Below are positions 24,168 to 35,655 of a DNA stretch of 64,000 bases, piece by piece. The stretch comes from Narcine bancroftii (Eukaryota). The notes under the pieces are model-generated. The model searched no databases. It was not told the origin of the DNA and was given only the letters and a program-made list of their open reading frames with translations. Position 1 is the first letter of the stretch; each line of letters starts with the position of its first letter. The position numbers were made by a program, and so were the translations under genes. The DNA lies in assembly GCF_036971445.1 (NCBI RefSeq), contig NC_091474.1, positions 217,000,001-217,064,000 on the forward strand, in the 5' to 3' direction.

Positions 24168-24638
24168 ACAGCATCGAGTCCACGCTGCTGAAGATCCAGC
24201 TGCGCTGGATGGGTCACGTCTCCAGAATGGAGGACCATCGCCTTCCCAAGATCGTATTATATGGCGAGCTCTCCACTGGCCACCGTGACAGAGGTGCACC
24301 AAAGAAAAGGTACAAGGACTGCCTAAAGAAATCTCTTGGTGCCTGCCACATTGACCACCGCCAGTGGGCTGATAACGCCTCAAACCGTGCATCTTGGCGC
24401 CTCACAGTTTGGCGGGCAGCAGCCTCCTTTGAAGAAGACCGCAGAGCCCACCTCACTGACAAAAGGCAAAGGAGGAAAAACCCAACACCCAACCCCAACC
24501 AACCAATTTTCCCTTGCAACCGCTGCAATCGTGTCTGCCTGTCCCGCATCGGACTGGTCAGCCACAAACGAGCCTGCAGCTGACGTGGACTTTTTACCCC
24601 CTCCATAAATCTTCGTCCGCGAAGCCAAGCCAAAGAAG
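24168..24638 (+). mobile_element. RTE-clade LINE copy 3, 5'-truncated, with 7-bp TSD ATAACAG
   Basis: ORF 24116-24583 C-terminus nearly identical to copies 1 and 2. ATAACAG at 24165-24171 and 24639-24645. Confidence 0.93.
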
Positions 24639-24645
24639 ATAACAG

Positions 24646-24725
24646 TGTGTCTCAGGCAACCAGAGAATTTGCATATCCGGCATCTGCGATCCCAGTCGGT
24701 GCTGGATACCGGGGATTTTACTGTA
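24646..24725. mobile_element. Terminus of a Tigger/pogo-like MITE adjoining RTE copy 3
   Basis: ...gctggataccggggattttactg|ta; same family as 4019-4240. Confidence 0.6.
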
Positions 24726-25178
24726 TTGTAATAAAACAAACAAAAAATAATAGCATTTTACATAAGAAAAAAAGTGCCGTTATAATGTTTTAAAAAATAC
24801 AGTTAAACAGTGCAACACACAAACCTGTACCAATGGGAGATCCGTACACACAGCAGGGGGAAAAAAAACTCTCTACGAATCTACAAACTCATGCATCTTA
24901 TGATGTCAAGCAGAGGAAGGGTGCAGAGATTTACAAGGATGTTTCCAGGACTCAGGGGACTGAGCTAGAGAGAGAGGTTGAGCAACCTGTGACTTCCTTC
25001 CTTCAGCTGCAGAAGGATGAGGGAAAATCTCACAGAGGTATACAAAATCCTGAAAGGAAAAGATCGGATGAATGCAGAGAGTCTTTTGCCCAGAGTAGAG
25101 CAATCAAAAGACATAGGTTTAAATTTGTTGTGTGGGGGCGGGGTTGGGGAATAGATTTAACATGAACCTGGGGTGGGG

Positions 25179-25566
25179 GGGATTATCATTTCCACACAGA
25201 GGGTGATGAGTAAATGGAAGTGAGTGACAGAAGAGCTAATTCCTGAATTTCAGTGTGAATTCCATTCATCCAGAGGTAGAGTGGATGAGTTCTTCAGTGC
25301 GTAACAACTCCATTGGAAATGCAGCAAGCAGTACCAACCACTGCACAAAGTGAACCACTCAGCTTTATTAAATCCCTTGATGCTTTCCATTGGAACCTAG
25401 AATGTCATTCCACTCTTTAAGAAGGGAGAGATGCAAAAGGCAAGAAACTATAGGGATGATAGCCTGAGTTCAGATGTAAGCAAGATTCTGGAGCTTATTA
25501 TTAAGGATAGGATTTATGGCTCTTGGAAGCACAAAGTAAAATAGGTCAAAGAAAACATCCTTTCCT
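25179..25566 (+). repeat. Right arm (probable donor) of the inverted duplication
   Basis: Continuous with the flanking CR1 relics on both sides, unlike the left arm. Confidence 0.95.
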
Positions 25567-25851
25567 TCAGTGAGATCATGTTGGACAAATCTGTTGGAAT
25601 CCCTTGAGGAATTAACAAGTAGGTCAGATAAAGAAGAGTCAGTGGATGGTGTTTATTCAGATTTTATGACGGCCTTTGACAAGGTGCTGCACATAAGGTA
25701 GTTAAATGAGATATGAGAGCATGGTATTACGAGAAAGGTACTGGCATAGATAGAAGATTAGCTGACCAGCAGAAGGCAAAGAGTAAGGTTAAACCCACAG
25801 GGGTTGGTGTTGTGGCCAATACTATTCACATTGTACATAAATCATCTAGAT

Positions 25852-25985
25852 CAGTGGGTTTTTATACATTTTTATTTCCATTCACTTGCCACCTTAAGTA
25901 ATCCCTATGCCATAGTTGCTCTGTGATCAATAAGGGATTATTTAAGGTGGTATGTAAGTGGAAAGAAAAAGTTTGAAAACCACTG
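25852..25985. mobile_element. hAT (Charlie-type) palindromic MITE with 8-bp TSD ATCTAGAT
   Basis: ATCTAGAT|CAGTGG...CCACTG|ATCTAGAT; internally self-complementary. Confidence 0.9.
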
Positions 25986-26651
25986 ATCTAGATGTTGGAA
26001 TGGCTAGTTTTGGGGCTATGTTTGTGTATGATTCAATGATGGATGCAGGAGCGGACTTGGGCAGGTTGGATGAGTGGGCAAAGAAGTGTCAGGTGGAATA
26101 TAGTGTTGGGAAATATGTGGTTATGCATTCATTTGAAGGAATGAAAGCATTAAAAAATCTGAATGGAGAGAAAATTCAGGAAGTGGAAGTTGAAAGGGAA
26201 TTAAAAATTCTAGTGCAGGGTTCCTGACAGGTTAATCTGCAGGTGAGGAAGGCAAATACAATTTTTCAGTCATTTTGAGAGAACTAGAATATTAAAAAAA
26301 AATTCAATGCTAAGTCTTTATAAGACATTGGTCAGATCACATTTGGAGTACTGTGAGCTGTTTTGGACCCCATATATAAGGAAAGATTTGGAGTGATTTG
26401 GTCAAGGTCCAGAGGAGGTTTCAAGTTTCCTGGGTATTAGAGGGTTAACACACGAGGAGTGTTTGATTACTCTGGACCTATACTGGAGTTTGGAAGGATG
26501 AGGGGAGATCTCATTGAAACATACCAAACATGGGTGAGATAGAGTGGAAATAAGATGCTTCCAATAATGGGAGAATCTAGGATCAGAGTACAGACTGAGA
26601 CTAAGGGAACATCCCTTTAGAGCACAGATGAAGAGAAGGATCTTTATCAGA

Positions 26652-27019
26652 AGCCCCATTTCCACTGGCACCTTGTCCCAGGAACTAACGGAGAATTAAC
26701 AACCAGTGGAAAAGGAAAACAATCAGCAGGCCGGCATCAAATGACATCAAATCCCACCAGGAATCGACAGCCTCTACCCCTCCTCATATCCCTGGTCAGT
26801 TGATACCAATGTGCTGATTAAATCAGTGGAAAAAAGACAGCAGAAATTCACCCATTTCTGATAGATGGTAGATTCTCCTATCCCTGGGGATGAGTTGTGT
26901 TCAGCGGAAAAGCATTCAGTGCCCCGGTTGAAGGTGGGCTATGGATGCAGCCTAAAAGACTTCCATTCCCGGGACATTGCACGGCCAATTAACTGGATGC
27001 CAGTAGAAAATAAAGGGCT
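26652..27019. mobile_element. PIF/Harbinger-like MITE
   Basis: TIRs agccccatttccactggca / tgccagtagaaaataaagggct; 3-bp flanking duplication AGA; interrupts a CR1 3' region. Confidence 0.7.
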
Positions 27020-28660
27020 AGAGTGTTTTGAATCTGGGGAATTCATTGTCACAGACCACAGTGAAGGACAAGTCAATGGGGATATTTGAAGCAGAGGTTG
27101 TTATGTTCTTGATTAGTATGGATGTCAAAATTATTAGGAGAATGCATAAAAATGGAGTTGAGAGGAAGAATACATGAGGCATGATTCAAACGGCAAAACT
27201 CTTAGTGGGCTGAATAGGCAAATTCTGCTCCTATCTCAAATGTTCTTATGTTTATAATTGGAGGGATAATGGTGCAGCCCAGAAAATTTGTTTCCTTTGT
27301 GCATTTGCTTCATGACTACCTATTGTGTCTACAACAAACCAATCTTAGTGCAGTGAGGGGTGCACATTGCCCCAATATTGAAATATTTTATTGTTATGTG
27401 TACCCAAATACAGACAAAAGCTCTTCAGGCAAGTCATCTTGTACAGCAGTTAGTGTAATAATAACAAATAAATAATAGTGTAGAGAGTAGCGTTACAAAA
27501 AGCCAGATAGGGCAGGGTGTACAGAAAAGTGCAGTTTAGCATAAACAGAGCAAGGGCATCATCCATTGCCAGTGAGAGAGATCCATTTAAGAGTCAAATA
27601 ATATTAGAAAATTAACTGTTCTTGAATCAGAAGGTTCTTCCAATGTGACAACTTCCTTGTTGTACAGTTGCACCTCACCTCCTCCATCCTTTCTGCACCA
27701 TCATTAACTGGCATGGCATTCATTGTCCCTGGATGAAATAGAATGAAATGCAGAAATGAAAGCAGGAAGCTGTAAGTTATAATCACATACTGCATGCATT
27801 CAATTTGAAATCTTTGACCTTTTCCATGTATACAAAAAACACAAGGCAACAACTGAAGAGCATGCCATGTGATTATTGACTCACACCCACACTGCTTGTC
27901 ACGTTGGTTTATATTTAGGCCTGCAGTACCCCAAATGTACATTGTGAGTTTCAACTGCTGATATTTATTTCGACTGATATTGGAAAAGAAAGCAAACTTA
28001 ATATTATTGCATGAGTCTTCATCAGACTGCCTGTCGTACTTCCACTTTTCACTTTGTTGCTGTTCTTGCTGAGATTCACTGGAGATGCAAACGTTCCAAC
28101 AAAGAGGGACAAGAGTGAAAGTCCACAACCCTGTCTAGAACTGAATGCACTTGTTTCCAGTGAAACTGCCTGCAAAAAACACATCACTATTTTCCATAGG
28201 TATTATGCTTCTCTTTAGTTATAAAACAGGAGAAAAAGGGACAGAAAACATGAAACAAGCAGGAAGGTGCAAATAGGAAGAATGCACCTCAACCTTTCCC
28301 CATTTCTGGAGTGAAAGCAGCTGGATAAGGGTCAGCTCCACCTCGAGCCAGAGTGGAGGCTTCAACGGCTTCCCGGAATTGGGACCAAGGGTGGTGGAGG
28401 GACAAGAGGGAGCAGGGCTCTTTTCAGGCTGCTGGCCTCGATGATCTCTGAGGATTTGGGGGCAATTCGGACCAGAGGTGCGATGGAGAGCAGGCAGCTG
28501 CATATGGGGTCTCCTTTCGACTGGCATTCAGGAATAGTGGTCTGCATCAGGTCATATGGCATGATGCTTAACCATTTGCTCTGAAGGGACTTTTAATTTC
28601 TCTACTTTCCTAATATTTATCCTTTCCTTTACGCAAAATGTGCTGGAGGGTGATGCTACT

Positions 28661-28728
28661 TTAAGGAAATTAAATTTAAGGAAAATTAAGGAAATTTAAG
28701 AAATTAAGAAAATTAAATTTAAGGAAAT
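28661..28728. repeat. AT-rich degenerate minisatellite (TTAAGGAAAT)n
   Basis: Directly visible. Confidence 0.8.
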
Positions 28729-29160
28729 CTGTTTGGAATACCAATGCATATCAATATCTAAACTTGTACTGAAATGCAAGTGTAAATTGACACATCATAT
28801 CTAACCAGCACTTCAATTACTCAATCTGTAAAATTTATTCTCCATATTCAAAACCTGTCCCAAATGTGCTCTTCAATTTATAGCTGTTGAATTTTCACTG
28901 TCACCTAAACTTGTTGGATGAATCTGAAAAAAAAGGTTCAAAATGATGTTTTAATTAGTTCAGTTGCATAATTTTGAGTGACATATTGTTGAAGCAGAAC
29001 ACAAGTACCATTTACCAGGCATTTATCCCAGCCATTCTCACTTTTTTTTTCTCAGCTCTGCCCCGCACTACGGCTCTCTTTCCTGTGAAGCAGTCAAGTT
29101 TTGGTTTCTTCTGTACTTCTCTACCACTGACAACATTAAAAAAATTATGTTACACTAGAT

Positions 29161-30335
29161 CAGGGGTGTCAAACTCAAATTCACGAAGGGCCAAAATTAA
29201 AAACTTGGACTAAGTCGAGGGCCGAACAAAATATTTATTGAAATTTTTCAACAACATCTGCATGTTTCCTCTTCTTTCAACATATGTAATGTTAAACTTT
29301 AGGATATAACTTTAGGAGGATAATGTGACAGGTCAGGAGTAGGTAGCTCAAGTTCACCCTTTGCTTGACCTGAGGGAAACATATTTGGTCCCTGTGGAGA
29401 TGTAGTCAGCATTCACAGGCTGTGTCCATTTTGGCCTGCATCAGGACTCAGCATTTCCTGCTCACTCCTCAGGCTCTAGGCCTCTATTCACCCTCGACCC
29501 ACCATCCCTCTACCTGATCAGTCCTTTACCCAACCTCTACTCACCCCTCACTCCACTCGCTCTGCCTCTACCCACCCCATCCTATACACGCCCCTCTACT
29601 GCCTGTTCCTCCCTCTACCCGTCTCTCACCCTCTAATCACCACTCCCCTACTCGCCCTGCCCCTCCCCTTTTACCTCTTCCCTATCCACCCCTCCTTCTA
29701 CTCATCCCTCCCTCTAACTGCCCCTCGCACCACCATAACTTCCCCTGCCCATTACTCCTCACCTACACCCTCTGCCCACCCCTGCTTACCCACCCACTCA
29801 GGCCCAGCGCGCTGCCGATCAGCCTTTGCGGACAGCCACCATCTCTCTCTTCACGTGCAGGGCCGAACCAGCCATCCCTGGGGTCCGCGCGGGTGCAAGC
29901 GCTGAAGGCCGTGGCGGCCGGGAGAAGTGCGCTCGCGCTGTGGAAGGGCCGTCCGGTGCCAGTCGCACGGGGCTCGAGCTGCCCGGGGGCCGTGCGCAGC
30001 CTGCCATGCCCGTCGCGCCAACAGGAAATCACAGGCGCTCGCCAATCTGCCGCACCGCTCGACAGGTGGGAGAAGTGACTGGTTGTGCGGGGAGCCTTCC
30101 AACCGGCTTGCCGGCTGATGACATCGACAGACTTCTCGTGTTACAATTTCTCGTGTTACAATGGGGAAGGATGTGCAATGAAGGGGGAGGATGGTGGGGG
30201 TGACATTACCAAAAAACACCATCGGCTCTCGCTGCAGGGCGGGCCACCTCTAATACATTTTTGAAATGATCTTGCGGGCCAAATACAATTATATCGCGGG
30301 CCAAATTTGGCCCACGGGCCAGAGTTTGACGTGTG
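29161..30335. mobile_element. Non-autonomous hAT (Charlie-type) transposon, 1175 bp, with 8-bp TSD CACTAGAT
   Basis: CACTAGAT|CAGGGGTGTCAAACTC ... GAGTTTGACGTGTG|CACTAGAT; subterminal gggcc repeats; CT-rich tract and CpG-rich core. Confidence 0.92.
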
Positions 30336-31405
30336 CACTAGATGAAAAGAAAACGAGGCTTTTTACTTAAATGTTCTGTGGCCCCTGGTGGAGAGGGGTG
30401 TGGAGGGGTGGTCGGGGTGGTGGCTATGCCATAGGTGCTTTGCGGTTAGTAAGGGTGGAGTGAGTGAGTGGAACAAAAAAGTTGAGAACCACCAATTTAG
30501 ACGGACACATCAACAGCAGAGAATAGAAGAATAAGAACCATGTGCAAGCAGATTGGAATAGTTAGATTGGCATCAAGTTTGGGGCAGACTTGATGAGCCA
30601 AAGGACCGTTCCTGTGCTGTGTTGTTCTATGCTCACTACAGTACATTGATTAAAGACTAATAAAATTTGGGATACTAAGTAGTGAACATGGAGCTAGTGT
30701 TTGAAAATGAGAGTGAGCTAAAAGTTCAGCCATAATTTTATTGAATGACAGAAAAGACATCAGGAGCCTTCTATTCCTTATGATCTTATATTACCGAAAA
30801 CCCAAGTGTCCCTGGAATAGCCACTGAGGCTTTTTCATTAAATTCGAATTTTAACCTAATATGAATGACATAAGGATGGATTTGATGGAATGAGTTTTGA
30901 TCACCAAAGCACCAAAACTTGACTTCAACATGCTGGTAGATTCCCTTCTCGGTCTCAGAATGATTTAATTACTTCTTGATATCCACATTAGATCTTTTGA
31001 CTTATTTCTGACTCAATTATACAAACCTACTTCTTTTTCATCCTCACTGATAGAGTACTTCACAAAAACAATTCTTGAGGTAGAGTAAATAAAAGCTGAA
31101 GATGAATTGATGAGATGAATCCGTGATTCCATTGCCTATACTGCCAAAAGAACACTTCAGAGATGTGATAGAAGAAAATGAGGAGTTAGTTCATCTTCAC
31201 TACAAGCTGTGAAGGCATATCCCAAGGCACATGTTCCAGCTTCTTTAACAGCTGGAGATAGGATCACTGGGGCATATATTCTACAACAAATGAAACGATG
31301 ACCTCACCATTATCTCAAAGATGAGTTTATCTTCACATCCCACCAACACTCGACAATGCTACTCTATACTCCCATTGTCTTTTTTTCCATTTCTTCAGTC
31401 ATTCT

Positions 31406-33169
31406 GGCATCTGCAGTTTGGCACCGGATAGTTTTGCCCCCATATTTTGGCGATGGACTTTTAGCCACTGGTCATTTTGGTGATTAAAAAAACAAGACTT
31501 TTGGAGCCCTAGGACATTTTGGTGCCAACCAAAGCAAGGAACATAAAATTATAAATCTTATTAATTAATTAGATTTAAATCTTCAGTTTTATATGCTTTG
31601 TCAGGATAGACAGATTTTTAAACAGTGCATTTTACATGTGTCAGCAAAACGCTAGGCTCCCGAGGTGTATTCCATGGATTGTCTGTGTGCTACGACTAAG
31701 ATGATGAGCTAGTGTAACCCAGGTTAAACTATGCATTTTCCTATCTTGTATCTATGATGCATTTACCTTGAAGAGTAGAAATGAAACAAATACTTCCCCT
31801 CGATTATATACAATTAAATTCCAGAAAATATAAGGCAGGTGGTGGGTTAGCATTTAACTAGGCTCTTTCATGTGGCCTGAACACCCCAATGTAAAGCCAC
31901 ATAATCTCCCCCCTTGCAGCTAAAGACAAACCCACCTGAATGCAGCAGAAGCATCTCTGAGGCGCTGACTCAAACCGTCCTCAAGGTGGGATAATTGGCG
32001 GAGTGCCACGCTCTGCCGATGCACGTTCATGTGCATCTGCTGTAAGGGGGTAGGCTGATGTCTCCATCAACCAGCAACCCAACTCCCCTCAGCCCCCTGC
32101 CCCGCTATCTGACAGCCCCTGCCCCACTGGGGAGGGAGGTTAGCAGTGGCCATAAGGGCAAGAGTGGCCAGTGAGGGGTGTCAGGGGGTGGTCAGTGAGG
32201 CCTGTCACAGCCCGACTGGCAGCTGCTGCAACAGAGCCACACTCTGTGGCTCAAAATGCAGCATAGCAATGGTGGCCTTCCCTACCCATAATCCCCCACA
32301 CAGCTGGAATTGTTGTGGGAAACACAGAGTGGTTCCACCTGTGCATGGAATTATGGGTAGGAAAGACCACCATTATTATGCTGCATATTTATGATGGGTG
32401 ATGCTGCAGCAGATCTGGAGGTGCTACGAGGTGCCTCTGGATATAAATAGGTCCTTTCAGCTGGACCAGGCAATGCTGCAGCAGCCTTTTAGGGTTGCCA
32501 CCTGAAAGGTGAGTCCGCAAGTTAAGATTCACTCCTGCTGCCGCCCTCAAGGCAAAAGGTCCACCTGAAAGGGACTACTGTCTTCATTTTCAATTATCAC
32601 CAGCCATTTATGTTGTTCTTATCCGTAACCTCAGAGGTGAAATGGCAGGTCTGAGGTGCCGAAATGCCAACACTCCTGAGTAATTTTTGTTGAGAGATCC
32701 CTTCTGGAAGCTCTTGAATTGAGTCTCAGCAAGAAGGATGAGACATGAAGAAAGAAGCAGGGGAGATGTGAACGGTTGGGCTTTAGCAAGCCTGATGAAT
32801 TTCCCCTGTCTGATTGCGAGGTAAATCACCCTCATCCATAAACTTTTGGAATTGAAAGAATCTGTCCTCATTGCCCCCAAATTTTCCTATCCAAATCGTT
32901 CAAGGTCTTACTGACAACCGACACTTAAAGCTGAAATCTACTATAATTTATAATGGTGATGAAATGCCCCTCATTCTGGGGCTGTGAGACAACTCAAATG
33001 CAAATAAGTCCATCAGCTGAAAGAGTGCATGTTTTTACTTATCACTCTTTAAGCACTTAAATCACATGAACCTGTGATTATTTATATAATAAGTATTATG
33101 TGTATAAATTGGAGTGAAATCCACCTAACTGTTGGTGCCAAAATGTCCAGAACCAAACTCTCCAGACCC
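31406..33169. mobile_element. Old TIR DNA-transposon relic with TTTTGGNGCC subterminal repeats (MULE-like, tentative)
   Basis: ggacattttggtgccaac (31512-31529) is inverted relative to gttggtgccaaaatgtcc (33131-33148); several ttttgg repeats at the left end. Confidence 0.55.
31860..32576. mobile_element. PIF/Harbinger-like MITE with 3-bp TSD ACT
   Basis: ACT|AGGCTCTTTCATGTGGCC ... GGTCCACCTGAAAGGGACT|ACT. Confidence 0.78.
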
Positions 33170-33879
33170 AAGATGAGTAGCATAATAACAATCTCACCTA
33201 TATTTATTGTCAAAATTAAAGAGCATTATGGTGCTGTTATTGACAAATGAATGGATCACCTATCATTCAGATGTCCAACCTGTGAAATACAGCAACACAC
33301 CGAAAAAGAGCCTCAAATGGTCTGGACTGTTTTTTGACCCATTGACTTCTGCGGGCTGTAATTCTGCCATTGAAGTTTGGCCTCTGGCATCTAAATAATA
33401 CCTTTAAGTCTCTGCCTTCTGCAATTCATAGCAAGAGTCTCAGTCACCATCCAATTCAAGAGGGAAAAAAGATAGAAGTAAATGACATAAAGAGAATGTA
33501 AATCCTTTTCTCTAATTTATAATCTCCCCTCACATCCCCACTAGTACCAATCTATGCTAATTCCTTGCCAAGTGTAGCATGGGGAGGATGGGTTATTGGT
33601 AAGATAATGGTGAGACATGTGAATGTGTAGGGAATGAAGGAGTAATGAAAATGTTAAGACAGAAGACATTTACTAGTAGTTTAATTTGGCCGCACAGGAA
33701 TCCTGGGCTAAAAGGCTTGTTCCTGTACTTTACATTTTCTTTTTAAATCAGCCCTTTGTCTCATCTGCCCTTTCTCCAATTATTGATCATTCTTTTATGG
33801 TAGATATTTTTCCCAACATTTGTTTAAAAGATACATCCAATTTGTTGACCAGGTCCTTGGCTATGACTTTCTCAGCAGT

Positions 33880-34700
33880 ATTTCTAACAATGATGAAGTG
33901 GAGTACAGATGAAAGATAGAGGGGCTTGAGGACTGATGGCAGGACAATAGCCTCTCCTTCAAATATAGCAAGATAAAGGAGCTTGTAATAAACTTCAGGA
34001 AGAGCGGCAGACTAGCATCCCCAGTCTGTATCCACTGTGTTGAGATGGAGATAGTAGTTTGAAATTCTACGGGGCAAGCATTTCCAATGATTTCTCCTGG
34101 TCCACATTTGCCAAAGCAATGACCTAGAAACTGTACTAACACCTCTACTTCCTCAGGAGCCTGAGGAAATTTGGCATGAAACTAAGATCCCACAAAAACT
34201 TGGACAGCTGCAGTGTTGAAAGCATCCTGTCAGGGTGCATTACTGCATGGTAACGGAGATGCTCTGCCTAAGACTGGAAGACTGCAGAGTTTTGCAAATG
34301 TAGCTCAGACTATTACACATACACCCCTTTCCTCGACTGACTCCATCTATAAATCACAGTGGCATGGAAAAGCAGGCAACATGTTAAAATACTCATCCCA
34401 TACTGGCCGTAATCTCTTAATACCCCTCCCATCACGAAGAAGATTCACGAGAATGAGATAACACACCACCTACTTTAAGGACAGTTTCTTTTCTGCTATT
34501 ATCAGACTCCTGACTGAACCCAAAATAGTAAAATTGTGTGGCCTTTTCTCCGTGCCAACTGATCTCTCTCTTTAGCTGCATTTTTGTACTTTATATACTG
34601 TGCCTTACTTGTTGAACTATGTATGAAATGTCTACTGACTTCCTTGCATACTGCCAACCATCACTACATCTTGGTATCTGTACATGTACCAATAAACTTG
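33880..34700 (+). mobile_element. Old Rex1/Babar LINE 3' portion
   Basis: Degenerate ctctacttcctcaggagcctgaggaaatttggcatg, gttgaaagcatcctgtcagggtgcattactgcatggt; 3' aataaacttga. Confidence 0.75.
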
Positions 34701-34789
34701 ACCTATCCCTGATGAACACCCTGACCTGTTGCTGGGTGAGGAACGATAAATCTGCAGCACCTCAGCATGCCTAGAATTTTCACAACCCA

Positions 34790-35655
34790 GTTTTTAGAAA
34801 TCAGATGTATTGTCATCACATGCATGACATCACATACAAGCCTGAGATTATTTTCCTGCGGACAAGGCAAAATTACTACTTATTGGTAGTGGAAAAAAAA
34901 ACTGTATTCAAAGTACACTTGTCAACAAATAAACAAATTAAGACAAGGTCTCCAATATTGAGGTTCTTTCTCAAGCCAGAATGCCGGCAGTTTCAACTTT
35001 GGAGATGTCAGCCTAATTGCACTGGGCAGGACATGTTGTCAAATGGCTGACGTAAGATTTCCCAAAGACATTTTGTCTGGCCAACTGTCCAGTGGTACCC
35101 AAAAATGAGGAGGCCAGCGACCCCGGTACAAGGATGTTCGGCACATGAGCCTCAAGAAAGCTGACATTGCACCATCAACATTGGAGGATCTGGCTCAAGG
35201 TCGTTCACAGTGGATGGACACCATCAGAAATGGTGTGGACTTTCTGAGAAGAAGAGGCAACAGAGGAAAGATGCAGGAAGGGCCACAACAGAGCTTCTGC
35301 CCCATTGCTCCTCCAAGCCTCACTGGCCAAGTATGTGGCCAGTAGGGCCTGTCAAGGATTAGCCTGTACAGCCACTCCAGGATGCACCTATCAAACTCCA
35401 CAAGAAACCATCATCATCCTATGGGATGGATAGCCAGAAGAAGAGATGAAAGCAAATTGACTGTGCAATACAGAGAGAAAAAAAAACCCCAGCAAAGTTA
35501 GAGTCTTTAAACTAATCTCTGACTGAGTTTATTTTCGATGAGTCTGATGGTGGAGGGGTAGCAGCTGTTCCTAAACCTCTTGTAGCACCTGTATCTCTTT
35601 CCTGACAGGAGCAGAGAGAACAGAGTAATATTGATCCTTGATGATTTCTGCTTTA
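34790..35655 (-). mobile_element. Rex1-type 3' end relic split by an RTE fragment
   Basis: Minus ORF remnant FSLLLSGKRYRC..RFRNSCYPSTIRL; tail at 34795-34860. Confidence 0.6.
34945..35445 (+). mobile_element. Older RTE-clade LINE 3' fragment (different subfamily)
   Basis: Remnant KVSNIEVL..HWAGHVV..FPKDIL.GQL...GGQRPRYKD..SLKK; tail gatggatagccagaagaag. Confidence 0.75.

Larger units (their letters stand above)
24890..27240 (+). mobile_element. Degenerate CR1 fragments (RT region to 3' UTR), interrupted by two MITEs
   Basis: Remnants NVIPLFK..NYR, AFDKVLH, DLGRLDEWAKKCQVEYSVGK, gaaggatgaggggagatctcattgaaac; tail gggctgaataggcaaattctgctcc. Confidence 0.75.

Noticed and set aside
29763-30222. 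Cluster of GC-rich ORFs and apparent CpG-island promoter of a host gene
   Set aside because: Lies entirely within a TSD-bounded hAT element; the ORFs follow from high GC and show no domain.
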